A stretch of DNA of 64,000 nucleotides from Shigella phage SSG23, in sequence record PQ351811, one strand, 5' to 3'. Positions within the stretch are counted from its first letter, which is position 1. The number at the start of each line of letters is the position of its first letter. A program made the position numbers and the translations under genes. The notes beneath the pieces were generated by a model. That model saw nothing but the letters and a program-made list of their open reading frames with translations. It made no database searches and was not told the origin of the DNA. Positions 48,643 through 58,063 of this stretch are shown in pieces.

Positions 48643-49590
48643 ATGACGTATAACCCGTTTACAAAAACTACCGCTACACTTAATGATTTCTTCGATGATC
48701 CAGAAGATAAACTGCCGGAAGGTGTGCATTTGATTGATATGTCGCAGCTTATGATTGCTACTATCTCTCATACATTTAAGCCGGAAGATCCGATTAATGA
48801 AGGTATGATTCGTCATCTTATCCTTGACACCATGCGTTATAATATGACAAAATTCAAAGAGCAATACCCGATTACGGTACTTGCCTTTGACTCTAGCAAA
48901 GGTTACTGGCGACGTGATATCGCACCATATTACAAACGTAACCGCAAGGAAAAGCGAGACGCAGATCCGCGTGATTGGGATATGATCTTTGCGGCGATCA
49001 ATAAGATCACCGAAGAGTTTAAAGAGAACATGCCTTATCACGTTATTAAGGTTGACAAAATTGAAGCAGATGATATAATCGCTGTGTTAACTAAAAAGTT
49101 TTCTGTAGAAGGTCGCCAGGTGCTAATCAACTCCGGCGATGGTGACTACACACAGTTGCACAAATACAAAAACGTGAAACAGTGGGCACCAGTACAGAAA
49201 GCATGGAAGAAGTGCAAATATGGTAGCCCATACAAAGACCTTATGGTAAAATGTGTTAAGGGCGACGCAAAAGACGGTGTAGCCTCTGTCAAATGTCGTA
49301 GTGATTTTATTATCTCTCGACTGGAAGGGGAGCGAGCTAAACCAATTGCAACCAAATGGTTAGAGCAAATTTTCGATGTCGAAGATCCAAAGTCTTTGAT
49401 GACAGAGGAAGAAGCACGACGCTTTGACGAAAACCGCGAACTTATTGATTTTGAATTTATTCCTGATAACATCGAATATGAAATTTTGTTAGCCTGGGAG
49501 AAATCTAAACCAGCACCACGCGGTAAAATTTATAACTATTTTGTAACAAATGCGTTAGTTAAAATGTTGCAGAAAATTGGTGAGTTCTAA
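48643..49590 (+). CDS. rnh: RNase H (5-prime-3-prime exonuclease, FEN family)
   Basis: 315 aa with FEN-type acidic clusters (DMSQL, AFDSSKGYWRRD, EADDIIA, NSGDGDY); adjacent to gene 34 as in T4. Confidence 0.85.
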   Translation: MTYNPFTKTTATLNDFFDDPEDKLPEGVHLIDMSQLMIATISHTFKPEDPINEGMIRHLILDTMRYNMTKFKEQYPITVLAFDSSKGYWRRDIAPYYKRNRKEKRDADPRDWDMIFAAINKITEEFKENMPYHVIKVDKIEADDIIAVLTKKFSVEGRQVLINSGDGDYTQLHKYKNVKQWAPVQKAWKKCKYGSPYKDLMVKCVKGDAKDGVASVKCRSDFIISRLEGERAKPIATKWLEQIFDVEDPKSLMTEEEARRFDENRELIDFEFIPDNIEYEILLAWEKSKPAPRGKIYNYFVTNALVKMLQKIGEF

Positions 49591-49600
49591 GGGTTGACAC

Positions 49601-50197
49601 ATGAAAGAACTTGAATTAAAATACTATGCTCATTCACAGGAAGGTGTAGAAACAATCTGTGATTTGTGGGTGGCAATGTATGACGGGTACAATCTCATAG
49701 ACCGAGATAACATATTAAAACACGAATTTTATTATGATACCGAAGATCATGCACTGCGTCGAAAAGGAATTTATGCTCGACTTGACGTTAACAGATCATT
49801 GATCATGGTCAAAATAGGTGATAGTGAATCTGGACTATTCAACCGAGAAGAAATTACTTTTTCAACAATGGATGATTTCTATCACTATGTTGATAGTCTA
49901 GGCGTAAACTCCGACCTTATCGTCCCTTTACTGCAAGTTATGACATATCGCAAGTCATTGACACTTGACCTTGAGGGTGCTATAGTGGAAATGTGCAAAG
50001 ACACTTTCTATTATTGCAAAGTAGGCGAAGGAATGGGCGACGCTCACTATGAACTTGAGTTCGAGTTAAAATCAGGTGATGAAAAAGCACTTGACATTAT
50101 CCGAGAAATGATGCTAGAATATGTCGGCGATGATTTAAGTCCTAGCGAAATCTCAAAAGCTGAACGTGGTTTTCAATTAATGATTAAAGAGGGTTAA
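49601..50197 (+). CDS. CYTH-like (triphosphate tunnel metalloenzyme) domain protein
   Basis: N-terminal ELELK (ExExK signature) and C-terminal YELEFELK acidic strand; about 198 aa, typical CYTH size. Confidence 0.5.
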   Translation: MKELELKYYAHSQEGVETICDLWVAMYDGYNLIDRDNILKHEFYYDTEDHALRRKGIYARLDVNRSLIMVKIGDSESGLFNREEITFSTMDDFYHYVDSLGVNSDLIVPLLQVMTYRKSLTLDLEGAIVEMCKDTFYYCKVGEGMGDAHYELEFELKSGDEKALDIIREMMLEYVGDDLSPSEISKAERGFQLMIKEG

Positions 50198-50201
50198 TAT
50201 T

Positions 50202-50477
50202 ATGACTGAACAGAAAAAAGAAAAAGTAGTATTTGACGAAGCAGTACACGGAAATACCCTGGCACAACTGATTAAAGAAGCCAGCGATCAGAAAACCATT
50301 CAAGAAGCATACGGCGATAAGATCAAAGAGATCAAACAGCGTGCTAAAGAAGAATTAGGAGTAGATGGTAAAATGTGGGGCATTCTGTTTAAACTGTATC
50401 ACCAGCAACAGCGCGAAACCTTCGAAGCGGAACGCGATGAAGCGGTAGAACTCTATGATCGGGTGTTCAATGCTTAA
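50202..50477 (+). CDS. hypothetical protein at the T4 dsbA position
   Basis: 91-aa ORF between rnh and 33; position and size fit T4 DsbA, but sequence identity could not be confirmed from memory. Confidence 0.4.
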   Translation: MTEQKKEKVVFDEAVHGNTLAQLIKEASDQKTIQEAYGDKIKEIKQRAKEELGVDGKMWGILFKLYHQQQRETFEAERDEAVELYDRVFNA

Positions 50478-50724
50478 TGAACATGCGGTAAAGGCCGCGA
50501 ACAAAACAGCAAACGGTCTTGCAATCGAAAAACTGGTCGTTGAAGAGGGATTGACTTATCTTGAAGCGACAACGCAGTTTGTAGAGGAAAACTCTATCGA
50601 ATATGGTCACTATCAGAAATATATTCCGGTGTCCATTATTGACAAGATCACACAAGAATGTATAGTAAATAGAACGCTCAGGAAGGGAGTGATCGACGAA
50701 CCGACCAACACTCTCGATATTTAA
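50470..50724 (+). CDS. 33: late transcription co-activator gp33
   Basis: IEKLVVEEGLTYLEATTQFVEENSI and C-terminal NTLD match T4 gp33. Confidence 0.8.
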   Translation: MLNEHAVKAANKTANGLAIEKLVVEEGLTYLEATTQFVEENSIEYGHYQKYIPVSIIDKITQECIVNRTLRKGVIDEPTNTLDI

Positions 50725-50733
50725 GGGGTATGT

Positions 50734-51414
50734 ATGATCAGAAACCGTCTTCCTCCAGATCCAGATATGCGAATTAATGCTAAATCTGTGTATATGTTAT
50801 ATTGCATGATGAAAGCTCATATGAACGGGCGTTATGATTGTGTAAAATATAATTGGAGGATGCGGTTATCTGATGCCGCATTCAATAAACGCAGAGATAA
50901 GTATTATTTCGCGAAATTAGCGGAAAAGTACAATCTAAGAGAATTATACTTCCTATTCCTAAGCAATCTGGTAGCTAATACCGATGCATGGGTAGGTGAA
51001 ATCACTGATGTTGACGCATACGGATTTTACATGGAGTATATCGGTAAGATCACTGATGCGGCAACACGATTTGACGATGACATTAAAAGTCTTGTATACT
51101 TCTCCGAGAAACGCGGGGTTACTCTTAAAGAGCTAATTACATACAATCCCGCAACCGAAACTAGCGGTATCTTTAAGCTACTGCAAAATCGGATTATATC
51201 GTTTGAGTCGTTTATGTTGTTAGATAGCTTTCTAAATATAATCGACGAACACGACAAGGTAGCCAAAGACTTGATTTGGCAAACTTATAGTGTTAAAATG
51301 AAGGCGTACAAGAAACTACTTGTTATTGACGCCACAAAAGCAAGAGCATTATTTGTTAAAGTAGTTAAAGAGTGTAAAGAAATATCTCAATTAAAAGCCG
51401 AAACAAATAGTTGA
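50734..51414 (+). CDS. 59: helicase loader gp59
   Basis: KSVYMLYCMMKAHMNGRYDCVKYNWRMRLSDAAFNKRRDKYYF and LSNLVANTDAW match T4 gp59. Confidence 0.9.
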   Translation: MIRNRLPPDPDMRINAKSVYMLYCMMKAHMNGRYDCVKYNWRMRLSDAAFNKRRDKYYFAKLAEKYNLRELYFLFLSNLVANTDAWVGEITDVDAYGFYMEYIGKITDAATRFDDDIKSLVYFSEKRGVTLKELITYNPATETSGIFKLLQNRIISFESFMLLDSFLNIIDEHDKVAKDLIWQTYSVKMKAYKKLLVIDATKARALFVKVVKECKEISQLKAETNS

Positions 51415-51438
51415 CAAGTAAATCTAAATCTGTATAAT
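51411..51438 (+). promoter_or_regulatory. strong sigma70 promoter upstream of gene 32
   Basis: TTGACA (overlaps gene 59 stop), 16 nt, TATAAT. Confidence 0.6.
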
Positions 51439-51468
51439 AGTCTAGTAAATTAATCAAAAGAAGGAATA

Positions 51469-52416
51469 GTGAATATGTTTAAACGCCAAGATTCTTCCAA
51501 ACTGCAAGCTCAACTGGCCGCACTGAAAGGTGGCAACGGTTTCTCTAAAGAAGATCCGAAAGAGTGGAAGATTAAGACTGATGCAGCAGGTAACGGTGAA
51601 GCCCTGATTCGCTTCCTGCCGTCTAAGACAGAAGACGGTCTGCCGATTGTGAAACTGGTAAACCATTCCTTCAAAGTTAATGGAAAATGGTATTGGGAAA
51701 ACTGCTCCAGCACCCACGGTGATTTTGATTCTTGCCCTGTGTGCAAATATATTAACGAAAAAGATTTGTACAATACCGATAAAACCGAATGGCAACTGAT
51801 CAAGCGTAAAGCGTCTTACTACGCAAATATTCTGGTACTGAAAGATCCTCAAGCACCGGAAAACGAAGGCAAGGTATTTAAATTCCGCTTCGGTCAGAAA
51901 ATTTATGATAAGATCGTTGCAATGGTGAACGTGAATACCGATATGGGCGAAGTTCCGGTCGATGTAACTTGTGTGTTCTCCGGTGCTAACTTCCTCCTGA
52001 AAGCTAAGAAGGTTGATAAACACCAGAACTATGATGATTCTCGTTTCATGCAGCAATCACAGCTTCCGAAAATTGAAGACGAAGCATACCAGAAATATCT
52101 GATGGAAAACATGGTTGATCTGGGTGAGATTGTAGCACCTAGCCAGTTTAAACCGTTTGACGAACTGGAAACCAAATTTAAGAAAACTATGGGTGTGTCT
52201 ATGGTAGCGGGTGCTGCGGCTTCCAGTGCTGCGGCGGCGATTAACAGCCAGCTTGATGATTTTGATGCTCAGATGAATGCATTCGATTCTGGTATTACCG
52301 CAGCTAGCACGGCGTCAGATTCTTCCGCTGATGACCTGATGGCATCTCTGGACCTGGGTGGCGGTACTTCCTCCGCTTCTGATCTGGATGACCTGGATTC
52401 TCTGTTAGCGATGTAA
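51469..52416 (+). CDS. 32: single-stranded DNA-binding protein gp32
   Basis: [52 protein letters not shown] match T4 gp32; acidic C-terminal tail. Confidence 0.95.
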   Translation: MNMFKRQDSSKLQAQLAALKGGNGFSKEDPKEWKIKTDAAGNGEALIRFLPSKTEDGLPIVKLVNHSFKVNGKWYWENCSSTHGDFDSCPVCKYINEKDLYNTDKTEWQLIKRKASYYANILVLKDPQAPENEGKVFKFRFGQKIYDKIVAMVNVNTDMGEVPVDVTCVFSGANFLLKAKKVDKHQNYDDSRFMQQSQLPKIEDEAYQKYLMENMVDLGEIVAPSQFKPFDELETKFKKTMGVSMVAGAAASSAAAAINSQLDDFDAQMNAFDSGITAASTASDSSADDLMASLDLGGGTSSASDLDDLDSLLAM

Positions 52417-52427
52417 TGAATTTTTAT

Positions 52428-52453
52428 AGCCTCCCTTCGGGGAGGCTTTTTTA
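52428..52453 (+). terminator. rho-independent terminator after gene 32
   Basis: AGCCTCCC-ttcg-GGGAGGCT followed by TTTTTTATT. Confidence 0.75.
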
Positions 52454-52478
52454 TTACCTAAAAATTTATGAAAAGGTG

Positions 52479-52506
52479 TTGACATGTTGGTGAGGTAATG
52501 TATAAT
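52479..52506 (+). promoter_or_regulatory. sigma70-like early promoter
   Basis: TTGACA, 16 nt, TATAAT; directly after the gene 32 terminator. Confidence 0.55.
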
Positions 52507-52535
52507 GAACTCATCGAAACAATGGAGGATTAACA

Positions 52536-52865
52536 ATGTTTTTGAATGCTACCCTTTCCCAGAAAAGTGATAAAATCGAACTTCTGTATGTCATTGCTGA
52601 TGTGGACGTACAACGAAGAAATATAGATTTAAAAATTCACAAATATTATACTATGAGTGAATATCATGAAATCGAGATCCCACATAGTGTGTATCCTGCA
52701 TTATTGTTAGGAAAAGGAAATCTAAGTGAATATTCTTTGAAAGTCATCAAAGATTCTAAATCAATGCTTGCTCATATGGAAAAAGATTTTCTTGATGAAA
52801 TTTCCGCGCTAGTTATTAAACTGAAAGAAGAAACAGCACCGCTTTTCATGGAACAAAAAGGTTGA
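52536..52865 (+). CDS. hypothetical protein
   Basis: 109-aa ORF downstream of terminator and promoter at 52428-52506. Confidence 0.45.
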   Translation: MFLNATLSQKSDKIELLYVIADVDVQRRNIDLKIHKYYTMSEYHEIEIPHSVYPALLLGKGNLSEYSLKVIKDSKSMLAHMEKDFLDEISALVIKLKEETAPLFMEQKG

Positions 52866-52889
52866 CTCCGAACACAGATGATGTATAAT
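52862..52889 (+). promoter_or_regulatory. sigma70-like early promoter
   Basis: TTGACT (overlaps upstream stop), 16 nt, TATAAT. Confidence 0.55.
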
Positions 52890-52920
52890 ACAAACATCAA
52901 AACAAAGAGAGGATTATATT

Positions 52921-53250
52921 ATGTGGACAGTAGAACAAATCGTAGATGAAACAGTAAGTATTATCGCATGTGGCACTATTGAAGAATGCCTTAAAGCCGC
53001 TAACCGTGAATGTATTATGGTTTATGAAGCCCGTCGCGGTGATGGTACTGTGTTAACCAGCGACTATCGATATGAACCAAAAATGATTACCTTTCGTTTT
53101 TGGGAAAATGGTGTTAATGTTGGGGTATCTCACTTAAAACGTTTTCGTGATTATTCTGACCGTTATTTCATCACACCGGATAATGGTCAAGAATTTAAGA
53201 CAGCAATCACCGAAGAAAATGTAAACGAAAACTTCTTTAAACTGATTTGA
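52921..53250 (+). CDS. hypothetical protein
   Basis: 109-aa ORF downstream of promoter at 52862. Confidence 0.45.
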   Translation: MWTVEQIVDETVSIIACGTIEECLKAANRECIMVYEARRGDGTVLTSDYRYEPKMITFRFWENGVNVGVSHLKRFRDYSDRYFITPDNGQEFKTAITEENVNENFFKLI

Positions 53251-53264
53251 TAGGAGATTATATT

Positions 53265-53834
53265 ATGATTCAATGTGTATTTGCGATTGGTGACACTAAA
53301 ATGTCAGATGAAAATTGGGCGTTTGGTTTTAAAGGTGGCTTACCGTGGGGTCGTCCAATCAAAAAGGATATGGAAAACTTCCAAATGCGCACTATGACGC
53401 GGTTTAGCGATGCTGCGGTAGTAATGGGGCGTAATACCTTTGAAAGTCTTCCTAAAGCTCTTGCAGGACGTCTTAATGTGGTTATTAGCACCGATGCCAG
53501 TAAGCCGACACCAAAAGCTAAAAACGGCGACCAGCCAGATGTGTATACTGGAATTGAATTAAAGGATCTGTTAAAAGCCCTTGAGAAAACGCAAGGTTTG
53601 GTAAGCGTTATCGGTGGACCTTCCCTGATTGAAAAAGCAGTTGAGTTTGCGGACCGTATTGTGTTAACGTATGTTCAACGTTCAGGAATCAACGATCCGT
53701 TTGAATATGATGTTGGTATCTCTAAGGAAATGATTCAGGAATTGTATTTTGACTTTGCAACAAAAGAAGAACATAATTACTTCCTTGATGATTACCTGAT
53801 CAGTGAGCAAATTTTAGAACGTAAGAAGGCGTAA
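53265..53834 (+). CDS. frd: dihydrofolate reductase
   Basis: DHFR motifs (FAIGD, GLPWGRPIKKD, VVMGRNTFESLP, VIGGPSL); position upstream of td as in T4. Confidence 0.8.
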   Translation: MIQCVFAIGDTKMSDENWAFGFKGGLPWGRPIKKDMENFQMRTMTRFSDAAVVMGRNTFESLPKALAGRLNVVISTDASKPTPKAKNGDQPDVYTGIELKDLLKALEKTQGLVSVIGGPSLIEKAVEFADRIVLTYVQRSGINDPFEYDVGISKEMIQELYFDFATKEEHNYFLDDYLISEQILERKKA

Positions 53835-53835
53835 C

Positions 53836-53928
53836 ATGAAAATTCTGACAGATTATGAGTGTAAACATTGCGGTGAATCTTTGATGTTTGCTGGTAGTCG
53901 GTGTTTACATTGTGGGAGGGAACAATAA
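53836..53928 (+). CDS. zinc-ribbon micro-protein
   Basis: 30-aa ORF MKILTDYECKHCGESLMFAGSRCLHCGREQ with two CxxC pairs; tightly packed (TAATG junction). Confidence 0.3.
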   Translation: MKILTDYECKHCGESLMFAGSRCLHCGREQ

Positions 53929-54197
53929 TGAAAATAACCATTATTCAATTATGGTCGGCTACCAGTGAAAACTACGCAGTAGCCGTAGATTATTACGGTT
54001 TACAATATCTCTATGATGAAGCGAGCGCATCATGGCTTCCGGTGCAAGAAAATAGCGATATCTCAAGACCTGCTACTGTATTCGATCCGGGCGTTGTCTT
54101 TATCAATATTGACGAGACAGTAGCAAAACTGCGTAAGAAAGCAATCAATAAGAAAAAGGTGATGTGGGATGAAAGAATATTTGAAACTATTGCGTGA
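53928..54197 (+). CDS. hypothetical protein
   Basis: 89-aa ORF between frd and td. Confidence 0.4.
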   Translation: MKITIIQLWSATSENYAVAVDYYGLQYLYDEASASWLPVQENSDISRPATVFDPGVVFINIDETVAKLRKKAINKKKVMWDERIFETIA

Positions 54198-55401
54198 TGT
54201 TCTTGATAATGGCTGGCCTCGTGAAGACCGAACGGGGGTAGGTACGCTCTCTAAATTCGGCGCAGAGATGCGAATTGACTTAAGCAAGGGTTTCCCCTTA
54301 CTGACAACTAAAAAGATGGCTACAGCCTCTGTAATTGGCGAGTTGCTATGGTTTATGGAAGGGTCGCTGGACCGCCGTCGCTTACAGGAAATTACACGCG
54401 GTAAATTCGATGACGAAGCCTTTGATATTTGGCGCGGTAACTGTCTTGATATGAAAGAAAAGAATCCTTTGCGATTCAACGGCTATAATGTTGGCAATAT
54501 GTATGGTATGGCGTGGCGACGCAAGCCGATTCATCCACACGGTGAAATCAAAATTAAGCGCGTTAAGAGCAAATATACACATACATTTAAGCACCCGTGG
54601 GTAGAAGACTTTACGCCAACCAACGACACAGAAGACCGTTTATGTGCTATCTGGCGTGGTATGCGTTATGAAGAGTTTGATTCTGAATATAATCAATTCT
54701 TAGTAGCAGACCACTGGAAGACTCAATCCAATTTTGTTAATGATGCATACTGCTTGTGGGGATTCCAGGAATGGGTAGATGATGGTTATTTCGGTTATCT
54801 GCTTGATAGTGATTATCTGGGTGGGGATATGTTCGCACCGGATACCACAATCTTTGTTAATATGGACGTAGACACATCAAGCCCTAAAGACGATGAAGAA
54901 TATATCTATCGCCCGAAGATTTGGGAAGACCAGTTACAAAACGTGATTGAACAAATTAAAAATAATCCAACGGATCGCCGGATCATTATTGACTCATGGA
55001 ACGTACAAGGAACACATAATGCTGTATTAGGTGTATGTCATCCTTTCGTGCAATTCTACGTCAATGAAGGTAAACTGTCCTGTATGTGGTTTCAGCGAAG
55101 CGTAGACAGCTTTTTGGGCTTGCCCTTTAACGTCGCCAGCTATGCGCTGTTAACTCACATCATAGCGAAAATGTGCGACCTTGAGGTTGGCGAACTGATT
55201 TTCTCCGGCGGAGATACTCACATTTACAAAAACCACTTTGACCAAGTTATGGAGCAATTAAACCGTGTTCCGTTTGATAAACCAACAATTGAGTTGCCGG
55301 AATTTAAATCTTTAGATGAGGTATTGACAAAAACTCCGAAAGACTTTAAAATTCACAACTATCAAAGCCACCCGGCAATCACCGCTCAAATGGCAGTATA
55401 A
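54169..55401 (+). CDS. td: thymidylate synthase with a large internal insertion
   Basis: ThyA motifs (DRTGVGT, GELLWF, DSWNV, GVCHPFVQFYV, FQRSVDSFLGLPFNVASYALL, GGDTHIY); 410 aa versus about 264-286 for E. coli and T4. Confidence 0.85.
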   Translation: MKEYLKLLRDVLDNGWPREDRTGVGTLSKFGAEMRIDLSKGFPLLTTKKMATASVIGELLWFMEGSLDRRRLQEITRGKFDDEAFDIWRGNCLDMKEKNPLRFNGYNVGNMYGMAWRRKPIHPHGEIKIKRVKSKYTHTFKHPWVEDFTPTNDTEDRLCAIWRGMRYEEFDSEYNQFLVADHWKTQSNFVNDAYCLWGFQEWVDDGYFGYLLDSDYLGGDMFAPDTTIFVNMDVDTSSPKDDEEYIYRPKIWEDQLQNVIEQIKNNPTDRRIIIDSWNVQGTHNAVLGVCHPFVQFYVNEGKLSCMWFQRSVDSFLGLPFNVASYALLTHIIAKMCDLEVGELIFSGGDTHIYKNHFDQVMEQLNRVPFDKPTIELPEFKSLDEVLTKTPKDFKIHNYQSHPAITAQMAV

Positions 55402-55407
55402 ACAAAT

Positions 55408-55425
55408 GCGGGGAGAAATCCCCGC
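55408..55425 (+). other. GAAA-tetraloop stem-loop after td
   Basis: GCGGGGA-GAAA-TCCCCGC; same hairpin as in the promoter spacers at 3304 and 58010, here without a -35 element. Confidence 0.5.
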
Positions 55426-55437
55426 AAGGAGTATCAA

Positions 55438-55740
55438 ATGAAAATATGCCGCGTTGTAAACAAGTACAATAGCGATTTTGATGTTAATATTCAGCGTGGT
55501 ACTATGTGGGGAAATCCATACACCGCCAAAGAATACGGACGAGAGAAAGCTATTGCATTATACAAAGAGTGGTTGTATAATAAGATTCGAAATGGTGAGA
55601 TAACACGAGCGCATTTAGAAGTATTAAGACATATGCGCTTAGGTTGTACTTGCTACCCTAAGAAATGCCACGGTGAAGTATTGGCGGATCTCGTTAATAG
55701 AGTTTTCGGCGATACTCCAGAAAATACGCTTGATATATGA
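55438..55740 (+). CDS. DUF4326-like protein
   Basis: WGNPY and LGCTCYPKKCHGEVL resemble the DUF4326 signature; family assignment is from memory. Confidence 0.4.
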   Translation: MKICRVVNKYNSDFDVNIQRGTMWGNPYTAKEYGREKAIALYKEWLYNKIRNGEITRAHLEVLRHMRLGCTCYPKKCHGEVLADLVNRVFGDTPENTLDI

Positions 55741-55751
55741 AGTGAGGTAAT

Positions 55752-57995
55752 ATGATTAAAAATGTTGTTAAGTCTTCCGGTCTGACTGTTCCGTTTGAAA
55801 AAGAAAAAGTAATGAAAATTCTGGAAGCGGCAGCCGAAGGTCATAACGTTGATCCATATGAATTGTTTGATATGGTTGAACCGCTTCTGACAGAAGGTAT
55901 GTCTACCAACGATATCCAGAAAGTATTGATTAAGGTCGCCGCAGATAACATTACTGTAGAAACACCTGATTATCAATATGTAGCAAGTAACCTTGCAATG
56001 TTCGCGCTTCGTAAATCAGTATATGGTCAATTCCAACCGATTGATTTTTACAGCCATATTGAGCGTAATATTGCAACCGGAAAATATGATCGCGAAATTC
56101 TGCAAAAGTATTCCCGTGAAGAAGTGGAATATCTGGAGAAATTCATCGATCATAAACTTGATTTTAAAATGACCTATGCTGGTGCGATGCAGTTAAAAGA
56201 GAAATATCTTGTTCAGGATCGCAGCACTAAGAAAATCATTGAAACACCGCAATTTGCGTATATGCTGATCGGTATGTGCTTACATCAAGAAGAGACAGAA
56301 AATCGACTTGAACATGTGATTGATTTTTATAATGCTGTTGCGAATAAGCAAATTTCTCTGCCTACTCCGATTATGGCGGGTGTGCGTACCCCGACACGAC
56401 AATTTAGTTCGTGTGTGGTGATTGAAAGTGATGACTCATTGCAGGGCATCAATGAAACAGCAAATGCAATCATCAAGTATATTAGTAAGCGTGCTGGTAT
56501 CGGCATCAATGCTGGTATGATTCGCGCGGAAGGATCTAAGATCGGGCATGGTGAAGTTCGTCATACTGGCGTTATCCCGTTCTGGAAACATTTTCAGACT
56601 GCCGTTAAGTCATGTTCACAAGGCGGTATTCGTGGCGGGGCAGCGACTCTCTATTACCCAATGTGGCATTTAGAGTTTGAAAGTCTTATTGTGTTGAAGA
56701 ACAACAAAGGGGTAGAAGATAACCGCATCCGTCATCTTGATTACGGCGTACAGATTAATAACCTGATGGTAGAGCGATTCCTTAAACGCGATTACATTAC
56801 TCTGTTTAGTCCAGATGTTGCGGGTGGCTTGTTGTGGGATCTGTACTTCCGAGATGAGGAAGGATTCCGCCAGCTTTACGAAAAACTGGAAAAAGATCCG
56901 AGTGTGCGTAAAACTCGTGTTAAAGCCGAAGACCTGTTTTTAGCGGTGGCAATTGAACGTTTTAACACTGGTCGAATCTATCCAGCGTTCACAGACAACA
57001 TGAACAATCACGGGGCGTTTATTCGTAATGTAGCACCGATTAAACAATCTAACCTGTGTTGTGAAATTGCTCTGCCGACAAAACCGATGGGTCGTGATGA
57101 TTCAGAGATCAGCCTATGCACTTTGGCAGCATATGTTTTAGGTAATTTCGATATCGAAAACATGGAAGAAGTAGAACGCATTGCTATGGTTATGGTGCGT
57201 GCGCTTGACAACTTGTTAGATTATCAGGATTATCCTGTAAAACAAGCACTGACAGCCAAAAAACGTCGCTCTCTGGGTGTTGGCGTGACTAACTTTGCAT
57301 CATATCTGGCGGATAATTTCTTCACATATGAAGACGCTAACGAGTTTACGCATAAAACGTTTGAACGCTTGCAATATGCTCTGATTAAGGCTAGTGTGCA
57401 ACTGGCTAAAGAGAAGGGTGCTTGCGAACTGATGCACGAAACACGTTATGGTCGCGGTGAACTTCCTATTGACTGGTACAAAAAGACAGTAGATGAACTG
57501 GTTGATCCGGTGTATGAGATGGATTGGGAAGAACTGCGCGAAGACCTGAAAAAATATGGCATTCGTAACAGTACGCTTTCGGCGCTGATGCCTTGTGAGT
57601 CGTCTTCTCAGGTGTCTAACAGCACAAACGGTATTGAACCGCCTCGCGGGATTGTATCGGTTAAAGGATCAAAGGAAGGACAATTTAATCAGGTTATTCC
57701 GAACGTAGAGAATAATGCTGATGTTATTGACCTGCTTTGGACACTGATCAAGAAAGGTAACAAGCCTTATCTGACACTGGCAGCGATCATGCAGAAGTTT
57801 GTAGATCAGGCGATTAGTTCCAATACATCCTACGATCCAAGCACTTATAAGACTGGTAAAGTCGATATTGCTGATGTATTAGATGATATGTTGTTTGCTC
57901 AATATTACGGCCTCAAGACACTGTATTACGCTAACGTGCGTGATGGTGCTGATGGTACGGAAGACGCTAGCGAATGTTCATCTTGCAAACTGTAA
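55752..57995 (+). CDS. nrdA: ribonucleotide reductase large subunit NrdA (class Ia)
   Basis: N-terminal ATP-cone, catalytic NLCCEI and C-terminal CSSCKL tail; 747 aa. Confidence 0.95.
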   Translation: MIKNVVKSSGLTVPFEKEKVMKILEAAAEGHNVDPYELFDMVEPLLTEGMSTNDIQKVLIKVAADNITVETPDYQYVASNLAMFALRKSVYGQFQPIDFYSHIERNIATGKYDREILQKYSREEVEYLEKFIDHKLDFKMTYAGAMQLKEKYLVQDRSTKKIIETPQFAYMLIGMCLHQEETENRLEHVIDFYNAVANKQISLPTPIMAGVRTPTRQFSSCVVIESDDSLQGINETANAIIKYISKRAGIGINAGMIRAEGSKIGHGEVRHTGVIPFWKHFQTAVKSCSQGGIRGGAATLYYPMWHLEFESLIVLKNNKGVEDNRIRHLDYGVQINNLMVERFLKRDYITLFSPDVAGGLLWDLYFRDEEGFRQLYEKLEKDPSVRKTRVKAEDLFLAVAIERFNTGRIYPAFTDNMNNHGAFIRNVAPIKQSNLCCEIALPTKPMGRDDSEISLCTLAAYVLGNFDIENMEEVERIAMVMVRALDNLLDYQDYPVKQALTAKKRRSLGVGVTNFASYLADNFFTYEDANEFTHKTFERLQYALIKASVQLAKEKGACELMHETRYGRGELPIDWYKKTVDELVDPVYEMDWEELREDLKKYGIRNSTLSALMPCESSSQVSNSTNGIEPPRGIVSVKGSKEGQFNQVIPNVENNADVIDLLWTLIKKGNKPYLTLAAIMQKFVDQAISSNTSYDPSTYKTGKVDIADVLDDMLFAQYYGLKTLYYANVRDGADGTEDASECSSCKL

Positions 57996-58003
57996 AATAA
58001 GTG

Positions 58004-58032
58004 TTGACGCGGGGAGAAATCCCCGCTATAAT
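58004..58032 (+). promoter_or_regulatory. PeSL-like promoter-hairpin cassette
   Basis: TTGACG, 17-nt spacer with CGGGGA-GAAA-TCCCCG hairpin, TATAAT; near-identical to the 3298 copy. Confidence 0.65.
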
Positions 58033-58063
58033 ACAACCATCAAAAACAAATGAGGATTTTATT

